A stretch of DNA of 64,000 nucleotides. It comes from Octopus vulgaris. Lineage: Eukaryota. The number at the start of each line of letters is the position of its first letter. Within the stretch, counting starts at the first letter, position 1. Positions 36,353 to 49,659 of this stretch are shown here, in pieces. The notes below the pieces were generated by a model. The model was not told where the DNA came from. It made no database searches and worked only from the letters and a program-made list of their open reading frames with translations. The translations under genes and the position numbers were made by a program. The stretch is taken from NCBI GenBank assembly GCA_951406725.2, contig OX597831.1, positions 44,640,001-44,704,000 on the forward strand. Direction: 5' to 3'.

Positions 36353-39092
36353 ATTTAAACTCTTCTAGGTCAAAACTTGCAGATAGACATAAGCACAGGG
36401 CTGATGCTCTGGGAAGGAATAAGTGAATATAGTGGTTAGTGTCAGGTTAGTTTAGGAGGAGGATGTAACAAGGGTGACAGGAGGTGGAAAGGAGAGTGGG
36501 TAGGAGATACCTAAACGGTAGAGAAACAAAACCAGCTAGCTCTGAAGAACAGGAGATAGAAAGGACAGAGAGAGATGAGACAGCATGTCTGCGGGTCAGA
36601 GACTAAGAGACTGTTAGTAATTCAATTCTAAGGTGTCAAATGGCTCTTCTCTTGATGTACCATAGAAAGCTTCTGCTTAGCAGCAGGACTATTTCAGATG
36701 TGGGAGCAGCATTTCACTGCAGGCCCCCTAAAGTCTGTTGGCAGCTGAAAGATTTTCTGGCCCTGTGAAGACGAACGAGCATTTGAAACGTGGTTCTGGC
36801 TCTTCCAAGGATGTGTTTCTACTAGGAAGGGATCACTGGTGATAGTTGAAGCCCAGTATTTGGAGTACCAGTGAGGGTTGAGTGTCACTCATGGTCAGTG
36901 AAGGGAGATGTGCAATGGTGTTTTCATGGCAGGAGCAGTACTTGAGTTGTTATTTGTTGTCAAAAATGACACTGTTAGAAAGGACCCACTGAAGGATGCT
37001 CTCAAGGAAATCTGTTCATGGAATCAATGGAGGTTTGATATGTGGTATATGGGTTGCATATGGATTATGCATGACTGGGAAAAGTTAAGGAGGAATGAAA
37101 AAGTTTTGTCATCAACATAAGAGGGGGCATTGCTGGACATCCTGGTACATACGTATTGGTGTATATAATGCCACTTCGCCTCTCAAAGGATCTTTGTCTT
37201 GCAAGTTACTTGGTGACCCTGCTAGTGCTGGTGCTATGCAAAAAGCATCCAGTCCACACTGCAAATGGTTGGTGCTTGGAAGGGCATTCAGTTGTAAACA
37301 TCATGCCAAAACTGACCTCGCCTGTGCTTGTACCACATAAAAAGTACTCAGTCCACTCTTCTGGATAGTTGGTATTAAAAAAGGCATCCAGCAGTAAAAA
37401 CTATGCCAAAACAAACACAGAACTCTGGTGCAGGTTCCTGCCTGGCCATCTCCTGTCAAAACGTCTAACCAAAGCCAGCATGGAAGGTGGATGTTAAAAA
37501 ATGACAATGATGATGATGATGAAGAGAGTGAAAGATAAAAATCAAACCCAGAGGAACACCAGAGGTGATTCAGGGTAGGGCAGAAAAAACACCATTAGCA
37601 AACACCATGATGATACAATCTGATAGGAAGCTACCATTCTGAGAGATAAGAGATGAATGGAAGCTGCAAGCAAGTGGTTTTGAAAGAAGATTTGCTGGAC
37701 ACAACTAAAGGTTTAACTGATTACTAAAACAACAACTTCCTTTCATTGGACTTCTGTAAAGCAAGAATGAACCGATTTATGACATAGTAGAGTAGGTCCC
37801 TAGTGGATGGTTAAGAAGCTTGCTTTGCAACCATAGCTCCAGCATGACTGATGCCTTGTGAGTGAATACAGTATGCAGAAACTGTGTGGAAGCCTGCAAC
37901 ATATGTGTATGTGTATGTGTAAGTATGTGTGTGTATTTTTGTGTTTGTCCCTCATCATCGCTTGATAACAGATGTTGGTTTATTTATATCTCTTTAACTC
38001 AGCAGTTTCACAACAGACCCCAAGAAAACAAGCACCATGTTTAAAAATAAGTACTGGGGTTGATTTGTTTGACTAAATATCCCTTCAGGATATCCCTTGG
38101 AACAATTAAAGGTGAAAGATAAAAGAAATCAATACTTTAACATACAAGGAGAAAGGATCTCTAATCTAATCAGGTCCTAACTCAATCAGTTTTGCCACCA
38201 TCACAGCTGTGGAATTACCATAAACAGCTAAAGCTAACAAGAGCACAAACATTCTCAGTTGATGGCATTTTATATTCAAAAGGGTTAACTTAGATTGGAC
38301 ATGATTCAAGAAGACCAAACATTCTTCTGGCTTGTCTTTTGTATGCACAAAGACCTGGCAAGTAAAGTAAGATCACATCTGTAGACAACACCAGTGAGCA
38401 TAACCAGCCCATTTAAAAAGTACCTTTGAATTGTCGGGCAACATGCTGTGCTTGAGGAGACCTATAGAGTCAAATAAATCAAAATCAAATGGAAATTGTA
38501 GTTGTGGCCGATGCCAGTGCCACCTTTCTGGCTCCCGTGCTGGTGGCATGCAGTAAGCACCATTCATACGTGGGTCATTGTCAGTGCTGCCTAACTGGCT
38601 CCGTGCCGGTGGCACGTAAAAAGCACCATCCGAACGTGGTTGATGCCAGTATCCCCACCCCGGCCCTGACTGCTTCCTGTACAAGTAGCACATAAAAAGC
38701 ACCATCCGAATGTGGCCAATGCCAGTGCTGCCTGACTGGCTTCCGTGCCGATGGCACATAAAAAGCACCCACTACACTCTTGGAGTGGTTGGCATTAGGA
38801 AGGGCATCCAGCTGTAGAAACATTGCCAGATCAAATTGGTGCAGCCTTCTGGCTTGCCAGTCCCCAGTCAAAACGTCCAACCCATGCCAGCATGGAAAAC
38901 AGATATTAAACAATGATGATGATGTAAGATTGCATAACAAAGAGTGGCATTCCTCTTAAGTGCCAGAAAAAATGTCAGCCCCTAACAGTTATTAAGCCTA
39001 ATACTCAATTAATTACTGTTTCCACATCTGAAGCAGTGCTTGCTTCTACACATACAGATATCCTAAGCCAGGCATAAGCAACTTTTGTTTAA

Positions 39093-39313
39093 CCCTTCAG
39101 CATTTAAACTAGCCATATCTGGCCAAAATATTCTACTTGCTTTTATGTTCAAACCAGCTAGATTTGGCCTCTCACACCTATCCTACAATGTCATTGCAAA
39201 AATAGACAATCACGTCATTGAAATATCAAAGCTACAAGGTAATGCATGATTAATTCAGGACAATGTGAATGAATAAGCATTACATTTGACAGAGTAATCT
39301 GAAAGCTAAAGGG
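39093..39313 (+). mobile_element. MITE family A (another copy at ~40144-40351)
   Basis: ttaa|cccttcagcatttaaac...gctaaaggg|ttaa. Confidence 0.8.
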
Positions 39314-42300
39314 TTAAAAAGCAAACTGCATGAGACATGACTCATCATCGGACAGACTGCACTACTAAAATAATTCAACATAATTGTTTCATTAGGCGTG
39401 CCAGTCAGAGAGCCCTGTGGGCCACAATTTTTCTATGTCTTAGATCATATTAAAAGTGGACTGGCATGAAATCACGCTCGACTACACTCCCAACCTACAG
39501 CCCACAAAAGGCTGTTGCCTCGATCTTCTTTTTCTAACACTGCCATAGTGGGCTTTGTTTCTCAGAATTGTGCTGGCCTAGTGCCAACTCCATTCAGACT
39601 CTTGATTCAATTGTCCCTTTGAGTCTCATCACCCATATTGAGTCCATACCCCTAGCTTGCAGACCCTGAACTAACTACTTTCTCCAGTCTCTCATTTTCA
39701 GATTGCCAAACCCTTGGAAATTTATTCCTGCCCACTTTTTTTTTTACTGCAGCTATTTATGAGGAGCATTAACTGTTCAATCTCACCATTCTCAAAGAGC
39801 CTATGTAGGCCACTGGTACACACATCTTTTGAACCAAATAATTAAAATACTCTGAATAAACAAATAGAAGCTCCCTCTTTGGCTGTAGAGTCTTTCATAA
39901 AACATATTTACATATAAACTGGAGTGGTTTAACTCTTTCAACACTATCCTGCTTGAAATATCCGATATCAAAATATTTATATTTAAATTCAAATTTGAAA
40001 CTGGAATATCATTATTACATGACAGATAATATCAACTTTCAATAAACATTTGCATTTTATCAATTAAGATACCATATTTTATAGAAGAAAAGACACATGG
40101 GCATATTAAATGCATTCTGATTTTAGCAATGCATATTAATTAACCCTTTAGTATTTAATCTGGCCAAAATATTCCACCTGCTTTTATATTCAAACTGGCT
40201 ATATCCAGCCTCTCACACACACCCTACAATGTCATTCTAAAAGTAAACGATCACGTCATTACAGTCTCAAAGCTATGAGATAATGTAAGGTTAATTCAAA
40301 GCAATATGAATAAATAAGCATCACATTTGATAGAATCTGAATGTTAAAGGGTTGAAGCTTAAAGGAGGCCCAACTTCACATTTAGGGCCCTAGATGGTAT
40401 TTTTTGAAACTTCTTTTGAGAAAAAACTATGCTTCTTATATGCCATCAAATTCAGCTGTTATTTCATTACCTTTCGAAATTGTTGATAATTTTCAAAATT
40501 AAAACGCTAAGGCAGAAATTTAGTCACTAAAGGGTTAATCACATTAAGTTCTTATTAAAATATTTAGGGCACTTATTTTGGTAAAGAACTCATGGAACCC
40601 ATTTTCCGAAAATTACAGAACCTATAATTATAGTTTACAGATAATCCTACCACTATCATCACCACCCTAATTTTAATAAGATATTAAATGAAACAAAACT
40701 TGTTTTAGACAAAGAAGATATTCACACACACACACACATATAAAACAGAACTTGTTTAAAATGGTGAACAGCATTTGTTTTATAAAATAAATGAATGCCA
40801 AATCTTATTCAAAAATACTTTATATTGTAGAACCCCAGAAATTTTTTCCTGAAACTCACTTTTGAGAAACAAATTTAGGGCAATGGTCATGCAACTCATG
40901 GTTAGCAATCATTGTAAACCAACCACTTTATAAAACAAAAAAGCTGTCTGATTCATTAGTAAGTCTTTTCTATCAATGTTCTACAAATCACTGTCCCACA
41001 GACATCATTTCTCCTCTTTGGCTCTCCTGCCACAAACTACTGCAACAGTCTCTGCACTTCTAAACTAGCAAGCTGCATACCACCTCCACCCAAGTTCACC
41101 AATCTCTGCTACTTATCATCTTTACTGCATCTCACAAATCACCCCTATCACTACCACAAATCATACACTAAACAAGTTTCAGAATAATTCTTCCCAAAGG
41201 TTGTAGCTCTCTGAAATTCCCTTTCCATCTATGTTTTTAAAAAATTTTTTTTGTCCTTCCTTTTATCACTACAAATATCAACTTATGTACATGCATAAAG
41301 AGATGAAATTTGTAGAAGCCAACAACATCTTTGTCTATGTGCGTATGCCGTATTTGACAGCAGAAAAGATGCACCCCAATTTCTGTAGCACATATCTAGG
41401 AAGAAAAAATGTTTAGAACACTAAAGCACGTAACATTTAATGCAACTTTGCATATAGGACCCAGGGTAATATCATTTTTTTAGAAAAAACAAAAATTCAT
41501 CTTATATATTGTACTTGTTTTTGACATGCTACAACAAACAGCAGCTTAATTTACCTTAAATTACACTCAGCTATTTTAACATAGAAAGGACATTCAGATA
41601 ACGTAATCCAGAATATGCTAAACCTGAAAAGATAAGAAGGAAAGGTCACAGCTGTGGAATACCTTTAATCATTGGTTAGCGCAGCGGTGTATTGGCTGAG
41701 TCATTAGTGCGACAGACAAAATGCCATGAGGTATTTAGTCACAGCCCTTTATGCTCTGAGTTTTATCGGTAATCAATAAATAATGTATCGATCAATTTAA
41801 TATACCTATAATGCATCCTAGATGTGACTGGAATTGTAGTAGAAGATTTAGGGTTGAATAACAAAAACTGAGATTTGTGCATCGGTTATGACCGGCTTCA
41901 TCGCATAAGGTAACTTCATCTGCTAACAGATGGTGTGAACATGTCTGCTTATTGATACTAATAGAGGTGCACCAACGAAACTTTTACGAGCAAGCTACCA
42001 GTTCCGCAATCATGACTGTCACGCTTCAGTCTTGTCTGTGATAACATTGCATAACTGTATATGCAGTGGTTTCTTTGGGGTGGAAGAGAATGGGAACAAA
42101 GCCAAAATTGTTGGTGGTGCTGCTGTTATTGTTGTTGGTAGCTATATAACCACAGGCTGGTTTTTTGAAAGCAGGCCAGTAATCAAACACGCTCCAACTG
42201 TGACCAGCTCGTGTATACATGTACACACCCACACGTATGTGTGTGTGTGTGTGTTTGTTAGACTTCATTAACCTAGGTAACGCATAATTATTCAAGGTTA

Positions 42301-42813
42301 GATTTGATTTAAGGGATTTGAGGGAGGTTTTTGCTATTTCTGAGCAGGTTGTACAACCGTATCCTAATTGAGGTGCAGTATGAGTGGCATTATTTTTATT
42401 TGTCTATTTATTTTGGTTAGGTGCATTGAAGCAGTCTCCGCATTAACCTGACAAACTCTCAGAAAAAAAAAATTAACTGCTTAACATAAAACTGACTTAC
42501 AAACACATTTTCTTAAAAACAGACAAGAAAATAAAACGTCATATGCCCAATGGCAGCAACCCATAAGTTTTCTCTCTCTCTCTCTCTCATATGTGGTGTG
42601 TGTGTGTGTGTGTACAGACGGGAGAAAAGTACTCAATACACGCATTAGAGTTTATACATCAGAACCTGATGATTCAGTACGTCGCAACTCAGTGTTTCTG
42701 GCTATTTGCGACCCTTTCAACCTTGCCATTTGCGGTCCTTTAAATAGCAAGAAACTATTGAGTTACGATGGAAGGAATTATTAACTTGAAACGAGTATCT
42801 GTGTGCATGTGCA

Positions 42814-42855
<42 letters not shown>

Positions 42856-44095
42856 CTTCCAAAACTGATAAATAAATAAAAACAAATATTATGCAGAGAT
42901 TAATATAAAAGAAACTAACCACAAATTACAGCAAACCTGCAATATATTTCCTGTATATTTACAGACTTCTATAAGGAAACAGTCAAGCAATGAGTGACTT
43001 AATCGCATGGTGAAACCAGGCTGATCAAACTTATATTATCAAAGTCATTCTAGTCGTGGCCATCCCAACTTTTCCATTGCAGCATATTTGGGAGATATCA
43101 TTATTTAAAAAGACGGCGGGGGATATAATTTGAGGGAGATTTATCTGCTATTTCTAATAAGTGGAGCGAACACATAACAGGTTCTTCGGACGGTCACAGA
43201 AAAGGTGATGGCGGGGCGGTTGGAAATGGTTTAGATTTTTGTAAATAGCAACTGTAGCTGTATTTTATTGTTCGTTCGTCTTTTGTCTTTATATGCTGAG
43301 TAACATACATAAGATATTACATACATTTATGTACACGATATTTACACAAACATTCACATAAATCACAGACCTGATACATGTTCTATACCTGCCATTAAAC
43401 ATATTCTAGACACCTGTCTACACGCGATGTCTTATATACACATTAGATACATTTGTAAACGCATTCAACATGTATGCACATCAGAAAAATACTCCTTTTC
43501 GAGGAAGTCCTCGATGTAGACGGTAAACCTGCTAGAAAGAACAGTCAAATATTCCCAACGAAGTAGGAGACATTGGAAAGAGTTGTCCAAAGAAATGGTC
43601 ATCTTTTAAAATGTGTAACCGTAGGTCTGCTCGATAGGTACGGACACGGAGCTAAACGACAACTTGCCAAGTATTTATACTAGATATATACAGAGAAGCC
43701 AGCTACATACACCAGCCTTTACGTAGGGCGATGCATCCAGGATGTATATGACGATGGATCTGGCATCGATGTTTGGCGAGGTGTTCCAGTTCGTTTGTTC
43801 GATGACCGAAACCATTACATCATAGAGAAGTGATTGAGTATTCTAGAGACACCTGTATCTCTTAATGTAACTCTCAGACAAAATTTAACATGGCACAATG
43901 CTTGACAGGCCTGGGCCATTTGAATTATAAGGCACAGTCCCACACTATGTTGCTATCTGCAAAATTTTGCTCACAAGATCTGTGTCAAATCTAAGGATAG
44001 TGTAAAAGATACTTCGTCCAACAAACACATCTACACAGACGTACATACGTGTTCGTTATGTACGTGTATGTTTGCATACACATACATAAGGATGG

Positions 44096-44127
<32 letters not shown>

Positions 44128-44488
44128 AATGTATGTATGTATATGTATATATGTATATATATATACATACATACAAACATACCGGTTTAGATATATTCCA
44201 CGAGATGACAACAATCAATTACCCTTAATAATAAAGATCGAATAACACTGTGACAATATATAGCATTCAGTAATGTGCACGCTGGGCCATTTACATGACT
44301 AACAAGTTGTATTTGATGCTAAAACAAGCAGCCGCCAGGTTTGGTGGATGGAGTCAGCCATTAATAAAAGCAATGCGAACTATCAACATTTAACTAAGTG
44401 CTAAGCCAAACAACAACAGATAAAGGGATCAAAATACAAGCTGACACTCTTGTGCACAGGGTAAATTTAGAGAAAATATCAAACTTAC

Positions 44489-44590
44489 AACGCTTCGCTT
44501 AAATTATGCGTTACGGTAAGACTATATCCACGACAATAGATGACTTTCTTCCAAGAGACAGATGCTAAACCGGAACAACATCCGGTTTGA
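44489..44590 (-). promoter_or_regulatory. Candidate promoter / first non-coding exon of the RING gene
   Basis: Non-repetitive, CpG-retaining stretch. Inverted ETS-like pair AAACCGGA-n6-TCCGGTTT at 44567-44588, followed on the minus strand by a GTT|GTAAGT donor at 44488. No transcript evidence. Confidence 0.35.
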
Positions 44591-44908
44591 AATCATTAAT
44601 GGGAGGGAAGAAAAAAAAAAACATTACATCATTGAATGATGGAGATGTCAGGTTCTAACCTGGACAATTAACGGTGGAAACGTTTATTGTATATAAGTTT
44701 TCCCCTGTGTTACTGACTCAGATTTAAGTAGGAAACCTGAAATTTATTAATATCTAAATATAGTTTCATATATCTTAGATGGGTAAAACTGAGGGGTTTT
44801 TTTTTATTATGTTTATATGTAAAGAAGATAAACATTTTTTATTATTTTAAGTGGATGATGAGAAATTGATAATAAAAAAAGGTATTTAATATATGCTGGC
44901 GAAAGGTG

Positions 44909-44961
<53 letters not shown>

Positions 44962-45259
44962 TTGTGTGTTTATATAGTGACAGACAACGAAAATAAAAGT
45001 GGAAAAATATCGGAATATATGTCTTTTAAGCTATGCTTATATTTTCTTCTGTAAATGTATGAATACATGAATGATTGGAAATTATCCTTATCCATACACT
45101 CCGAAAGGCTGAAAAGCAGTATTTTATTGATTGCCTTTCAATTTGCGGGGTCGATGAAATTAGGTACCAGTCAAGTACTGAGGTAGATGTAATCGATTAC
45201 CCCTCTCCCCTAAAACTGCTGGCCTTGAGCCAAAATTTGAAACCATTATTATATTCTGA

Positions 45260-45642
45260 CTAGCAGTATCGCCCGGCGTTGCTCGGATTTGTAAGGGAAA
45301 TAACTATATAAGCATTTTTAGAGAGTTATAGCAAAAAAAAATGCATTAAAAATGGAAAAAAAATGATGGTAATTTTTTTTTTTAAATCGTTGACTCATCG
45401 TAGACATTTTTAGAGAGTTACTTCCCTTATATAATAGCGAAAAAATGCATTAAAATGGAAAAAATGATGGTAAATTATTTTTAAAATCGTAGACTCATCG
45501 TAGACGCGCGCTAATACCCAGAAGGGCTTGATATGAATCACGACTATAAGATACCCGGTTTTGGTTAAACTGCACCGCAAAATGTGGGAGTAGTTAGGAA
45601 CCTAAATCGTAGGAGACAGACACACAACTTCACTTTTATATA
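45260..45642 (-). mobile_element. Non-autonomous Helitron (second subfamily) with an internal ~100-bp duplication
   Basis: ctagcagtatcgcccggcgttgctcgg end shared with 33171; gcatttttagagagtta...gactcatcgtagac is duplicated. Confidence 0.7.
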
Positions 45643-45717
45643 TTCTGATATACTCGGACACACACACACAGGCAGATGGGGCGAGTGTGTGTTTTCGTGT
45701 ATACTGGTCGTTTTGGT

Positions 45718-45756
45718 CACAAACTTTCGGCCATACCTTCGGCCCTTCTTCAGGTG
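45718..45756 (-). ncRNA. Ultra-minimal hammerhead motif (PLE pLTR)
   Basis: Minus strand: CAC-CUGAAGA-AG-GGCC-gaagguau-GGCC-GAAA-GU-UU^GUG. Stem I is CAC/GUG and stem II is GGCC/GGCC. Confidence 0.55.
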
Positions 45757-46040
45757 TTTACATTGTTTGGCAACTAAAACAATCAGAAATAGTTGATCAT
45801 TTATAGAGGGGAAAAGGAAAGACAGGATAATATATAAGAAAGAATCAGTGCAGGTGCTGCACTTCGACAAATCCTTCTGCAGATCTAGCATAGACATGAA
45901 CACCATATGGGGTCTTTAATTTAAAAACGAAGAAAGAACATTCTATTTATGACTATATAAAAAAAGAAGTTAGATTTAAATTTCCTAGTATTTATCAACT
46001 CTGCAACCAATGAGACAGGGAAGATATTATATAACAATCT

Positions 46041-47018
46041 AAGATGGTGAGCTGGCAGAATTGTTAGTAGACCGGAGAAAGTGCTTAGCGGCATTTCGTC
46101 CGTCTTTATGTTCTGAGTTCAAATTTCACCGTGGTCAACTTTGCCTTTTATCCCTTCTAGGTCGATGAAATAAGAACCAGTTGAACACTAGGATCGATGT
46201 AATCGAATAGCCCCTGCCCCGTCTCGTACCTATTCTTTTCTACTCTAGGCACAAGGCCCGAAATTTGGGGGGAAGGGGCCAGTCGATTAGTTCGACCCCA
46301 GTACGCAACTAGTTCCTAATTTATCGACCCCAAAAGAATGAAAGGCAAAGTCGACCTCAGCGGAATTTGAACTTAGAACATAAAGACAGGCGAAATACCT
46401 ATCTCTTTACTACCCACAAGGGGCTAAACATAGAGGGGACAAACAAGGACAGACAAACGGATTAAGTCGATTCCATCGACCCCAGTGCGTAACTGGTACT
46501 TAATTTATCGACCCCGAAAGGATGAAAGGCAAAGTCGACCTCGGCGGAATTTGAACTCAGAAAGCAGTGGCAGACGAAATACCCCTAAGCAGTTCGCCCG
46601 GCGTGCTAACGTTTCTTATTTCTTTACTGCTCACAAGGGGCTAAACATAGAGGGGACAAACAAGAACAGACAAAGGGATTAGGTCGATTACGTCTACCCT
46701 AGTGCGTAACTGGTACTTAATTTATCGACCCTGAAAGGCAAAGTCGACCTTGGCGGAATTTGAACTCAGAATATAACGGCAGACAAAATACCTATTTCTT
46801 TAGTACCCACAAGGGGCTAAACACAGAGTGGTCAAACAAGGACAGACATAGGTATTAAGTCGATTACATCGACCCCAGTGCGTAACTGGTACTTAATTTA
46901 TCGACCCCGAAAGGATGAAAGGCAAAGTCGACCTCGGCGGAATTTGAACTCACAACGTAACGCAGACGAAATACCGCTAAGCATTTCGCCCAGTGTGCTA
47001 ACGTTTCTGCCAGCTCAC
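46041..47018. mobile_element. Cluster of second-family SINEs: one + copy (46041-46215) facing a four-module - array (46232-47018)
   Basis: The block ...ccagtgcgtaactggtacttaatttatcgacccc...gtcgacctcggcggaatttgaac recurs about every 190 bp. Confidence 0.85.
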
Positions 47019-47405
47019 TGCCCTAGGCCTCGTACCTCTTGTAGAAAGGATTATATAACTCCATGCTAAATCAGACTGGAGCTTGGTGCAGCTCCTCAGC
47101 TTGTCAGCTCAGATCAAACCATCAACCCATGCCAGCATGGACAACGGCAGTTAAATGATGATGGTGTTGATGATGATGATGTGTTTGTGTCTTTGTGTCT
47201 GTGTTTTTTCCCCATCACTGCTTGACAAATGATGTTCGTGTGTTTACGTCCTAGTAACTTAGTGGTTTGGCAAAAGAGACTGATAGAATAAGTACCAGGC
47301 TTTTAAAAAAGTACTGGGGTCAATTCATTTGACAAAAAAATTCTTTGAAGCAATACCCCAGCATGGCCACAGTCTAATGGCTGAAAGAAGTAATAAAAAA
47401 GATAG

Positions 47406-47792
47406 AGGCGCAGGAGTGGCTGTGTGGTAAGTAGCTTGCTAACCAACCACATGGTTCTGGGTTCAGTCCCACTGCATGGCATCTTGGGCAAGTGTCTTCT
47501 GCTATAGCCCCGGGCCCACCAATGCCTTGTGAGTGGATTTGGTAGACGGAAACTGAAAGAAGCCTGTCGTATATATGTATATATAAGTGTGTGTGTCTGT
47601 GTTTGTCCCCCTAGCATTGCTTGACAACCGATGCTGGTGTGTTTACGTCCCCATCACTTAGCGGTTCGGCAAAAGAGACCGATAGAATAAGTACTGGGCT
47701 TACAAAGAATAAGTCCCGGGGTCGATATGCTCGACTAAAGGCAGTGCTCCAGCATGGCCGCAGTCAAATGACTGAAACAAGTAAAAGAGTAA
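47406..47792 (+). mobile_element. CORE-type SINE, full length
   Basis: Starts ggcgcaggagtggctgtgtgg. Further copies at 58949-59350 (+), 62612-62961 (-) and 63285-63452 (+). Confidence 0.85.
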
Positions 47793-48012
47793 AGATAGAT
47801 AAATAGATAGATAGATAGACAGATAGATCGACCCCAAAAGGATGAAAGGCAAAGTCGACCTCAAATTCCGCCGAGGTCGACTTTGCCTTTCATCCTTTCG
47901 GGGTCGATAAATTAAGTACCAGTTACGCACTGGGGTCGATGTAATCGACTTAATCCGTTTGTCTGTCCTTGCTTGCCCCCTCTGTGTTTAGCCCCTTGTG
48001 GGTAGTAAAGAA

Positions 48013-48038
48013 ATAGATAGATAGATAGATAGATAGAT

Positions 48039-48089
<51 letters not shown>
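48013..48089. repeat. (GATA)n microsatellite
   Basis: Directly visible. Confidence 0.95.
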
Positions 48090-48883
48090 TGTGTCTATTT
48101 CAAGATTTCTTGCCAATAGAGAAAGAGCTGGTTTCTAACCTAGATCCAAGGCTCTTCATTGGAATTTCAACATCAACAACAGGGTATTTTTTTTGTATGT
48201 ATGTATGTATGTATGGATGAATGGATAGATGGATTTATGGATGTATATGTATACAAACACACACTCAGACATGTAGTTCATAGATGAGAATCAGATATTC
48301 TCTGTATAGAATACACTTAATATTGCTCAACAGATTTAAACTTGGACGGGTATAGAAATAAATGTAGGAATAAACAAGTCAGAAAGATTAATATATAAGG
48401 TATATTAAATACATCAAATGCAAAAAGTGTATATATGTTTACATATGAAAAAATCTAGCTTACACAGAATACAAATGATATAGAGAATGAAAGGGGCTGA
48501 AAAAAAAGTATTACCAATCCAACAGCTGTTTGTATGTAAACATATATACAATTTTTTGTATTCCATGTATTTAATATACTTTATATATTAATCTATCTAA
48601 CCTGCTTATTCCTACATTTTCGCCTGGAAGATAATATGGTCTTGCTAAATTATCTATTAAAAGATAGCAAACGATATTATTCTGCTTAAGTAATCCGAAA
48701 CCATGGTATAACCATTATATAACAAGGTAAAGGTTTTTATTTTTCATTTACTTCGAAATTTGCTATAAAATTGTGGTTTTTTGGCCGTGTTGGCTGCTAT
48801 TTCTAGCATGTAAAATTGCCTTTTAAAGGATAATTTTCTATTTTGAAATACGTATATACATATATATATATACATATATACAT

Positions 48884-48919
<36 letters not shown>

Positions 48920-49602
48920 GGTGGCACGTAAAAAGCACCATCCGTTCGTGGTTGTTGCCAGCGTCGCTCCGACTGGCCTCCGTGCCGGTGGCACATAAAA
49001 GCACCATCCGTTCGTGTCCATTGCCAGCCTCGTCTGGCCCCCATGCCAATGGCACGTAAAAGCACCATCCGTTCGTGGCCGTTTGCCAGCTCCGTCTGGC
49101 ACCTGTGCGGGTGGCACGTAAAAAGCACCCACTACACTCGCAGAGTGGTTGGCGTTAGGAAGGTAGAAACACTGCCAGATCAGACTGGGCCTGATGCAGC
49201 CTTCTGGCTTCCCAGACCCCAGTTGAACCGTCCAACCCATGCTAGCATGGAAAACAGACGCTAAATGATGATGATATAAATATATCTTTGTTTTAATAAC
49301 CACTTTTCCATGTGTGGGTCAAATGAATTCCATCGTCATTATCCTCATTTAACGTCCGTTTTCCAAGCTGGCATGGGTTGGACAGTTTAACGAGCTGGAA
49401 AGCTGCATTAGACTCCAGTCTGATTTGGCATGGTTTCTACAGTTGGATGCCCTTCTTAAAACTAACCACATTACAGAGTGTGTTGGGTGGTTTTATGTGG
49501 TACCACAGGAGTGCGCTAATGTGTACGAGTAATTTTTATGTGGCTCCAGCACAGGATTCTTTCAGGCTAATCCTCTTCACCAGGAAGAGTGGTCTTAACA
49601 CT

Positions 49603-49638
<36 letters not shown>

Positions 49639-49659
49639 TAATTCTTTTATAATAATAAT

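Noticed and set aside
45250-45649. Apparent 10-bp direct repeat (tatattctga) flanking a Helitron-like element
   Set aside because: AT-rich and overlapping the element's own TA-rich end, and Helitrons do not normally make TSDs; one instance is insufficient.
46232-47018. Regularly spaced repeats resembling a CRISPR array
   Set aside because: Units are ~190-bp SINE modules without unique spacers, the context is eukaryotic, and there are no cas genes.
47406-47480. tRNA-like sequence with A and B boxes
   Set aside because: It is the head of a multi-copy SINE and continues into the CORE domain; no convincing cloverleaf.
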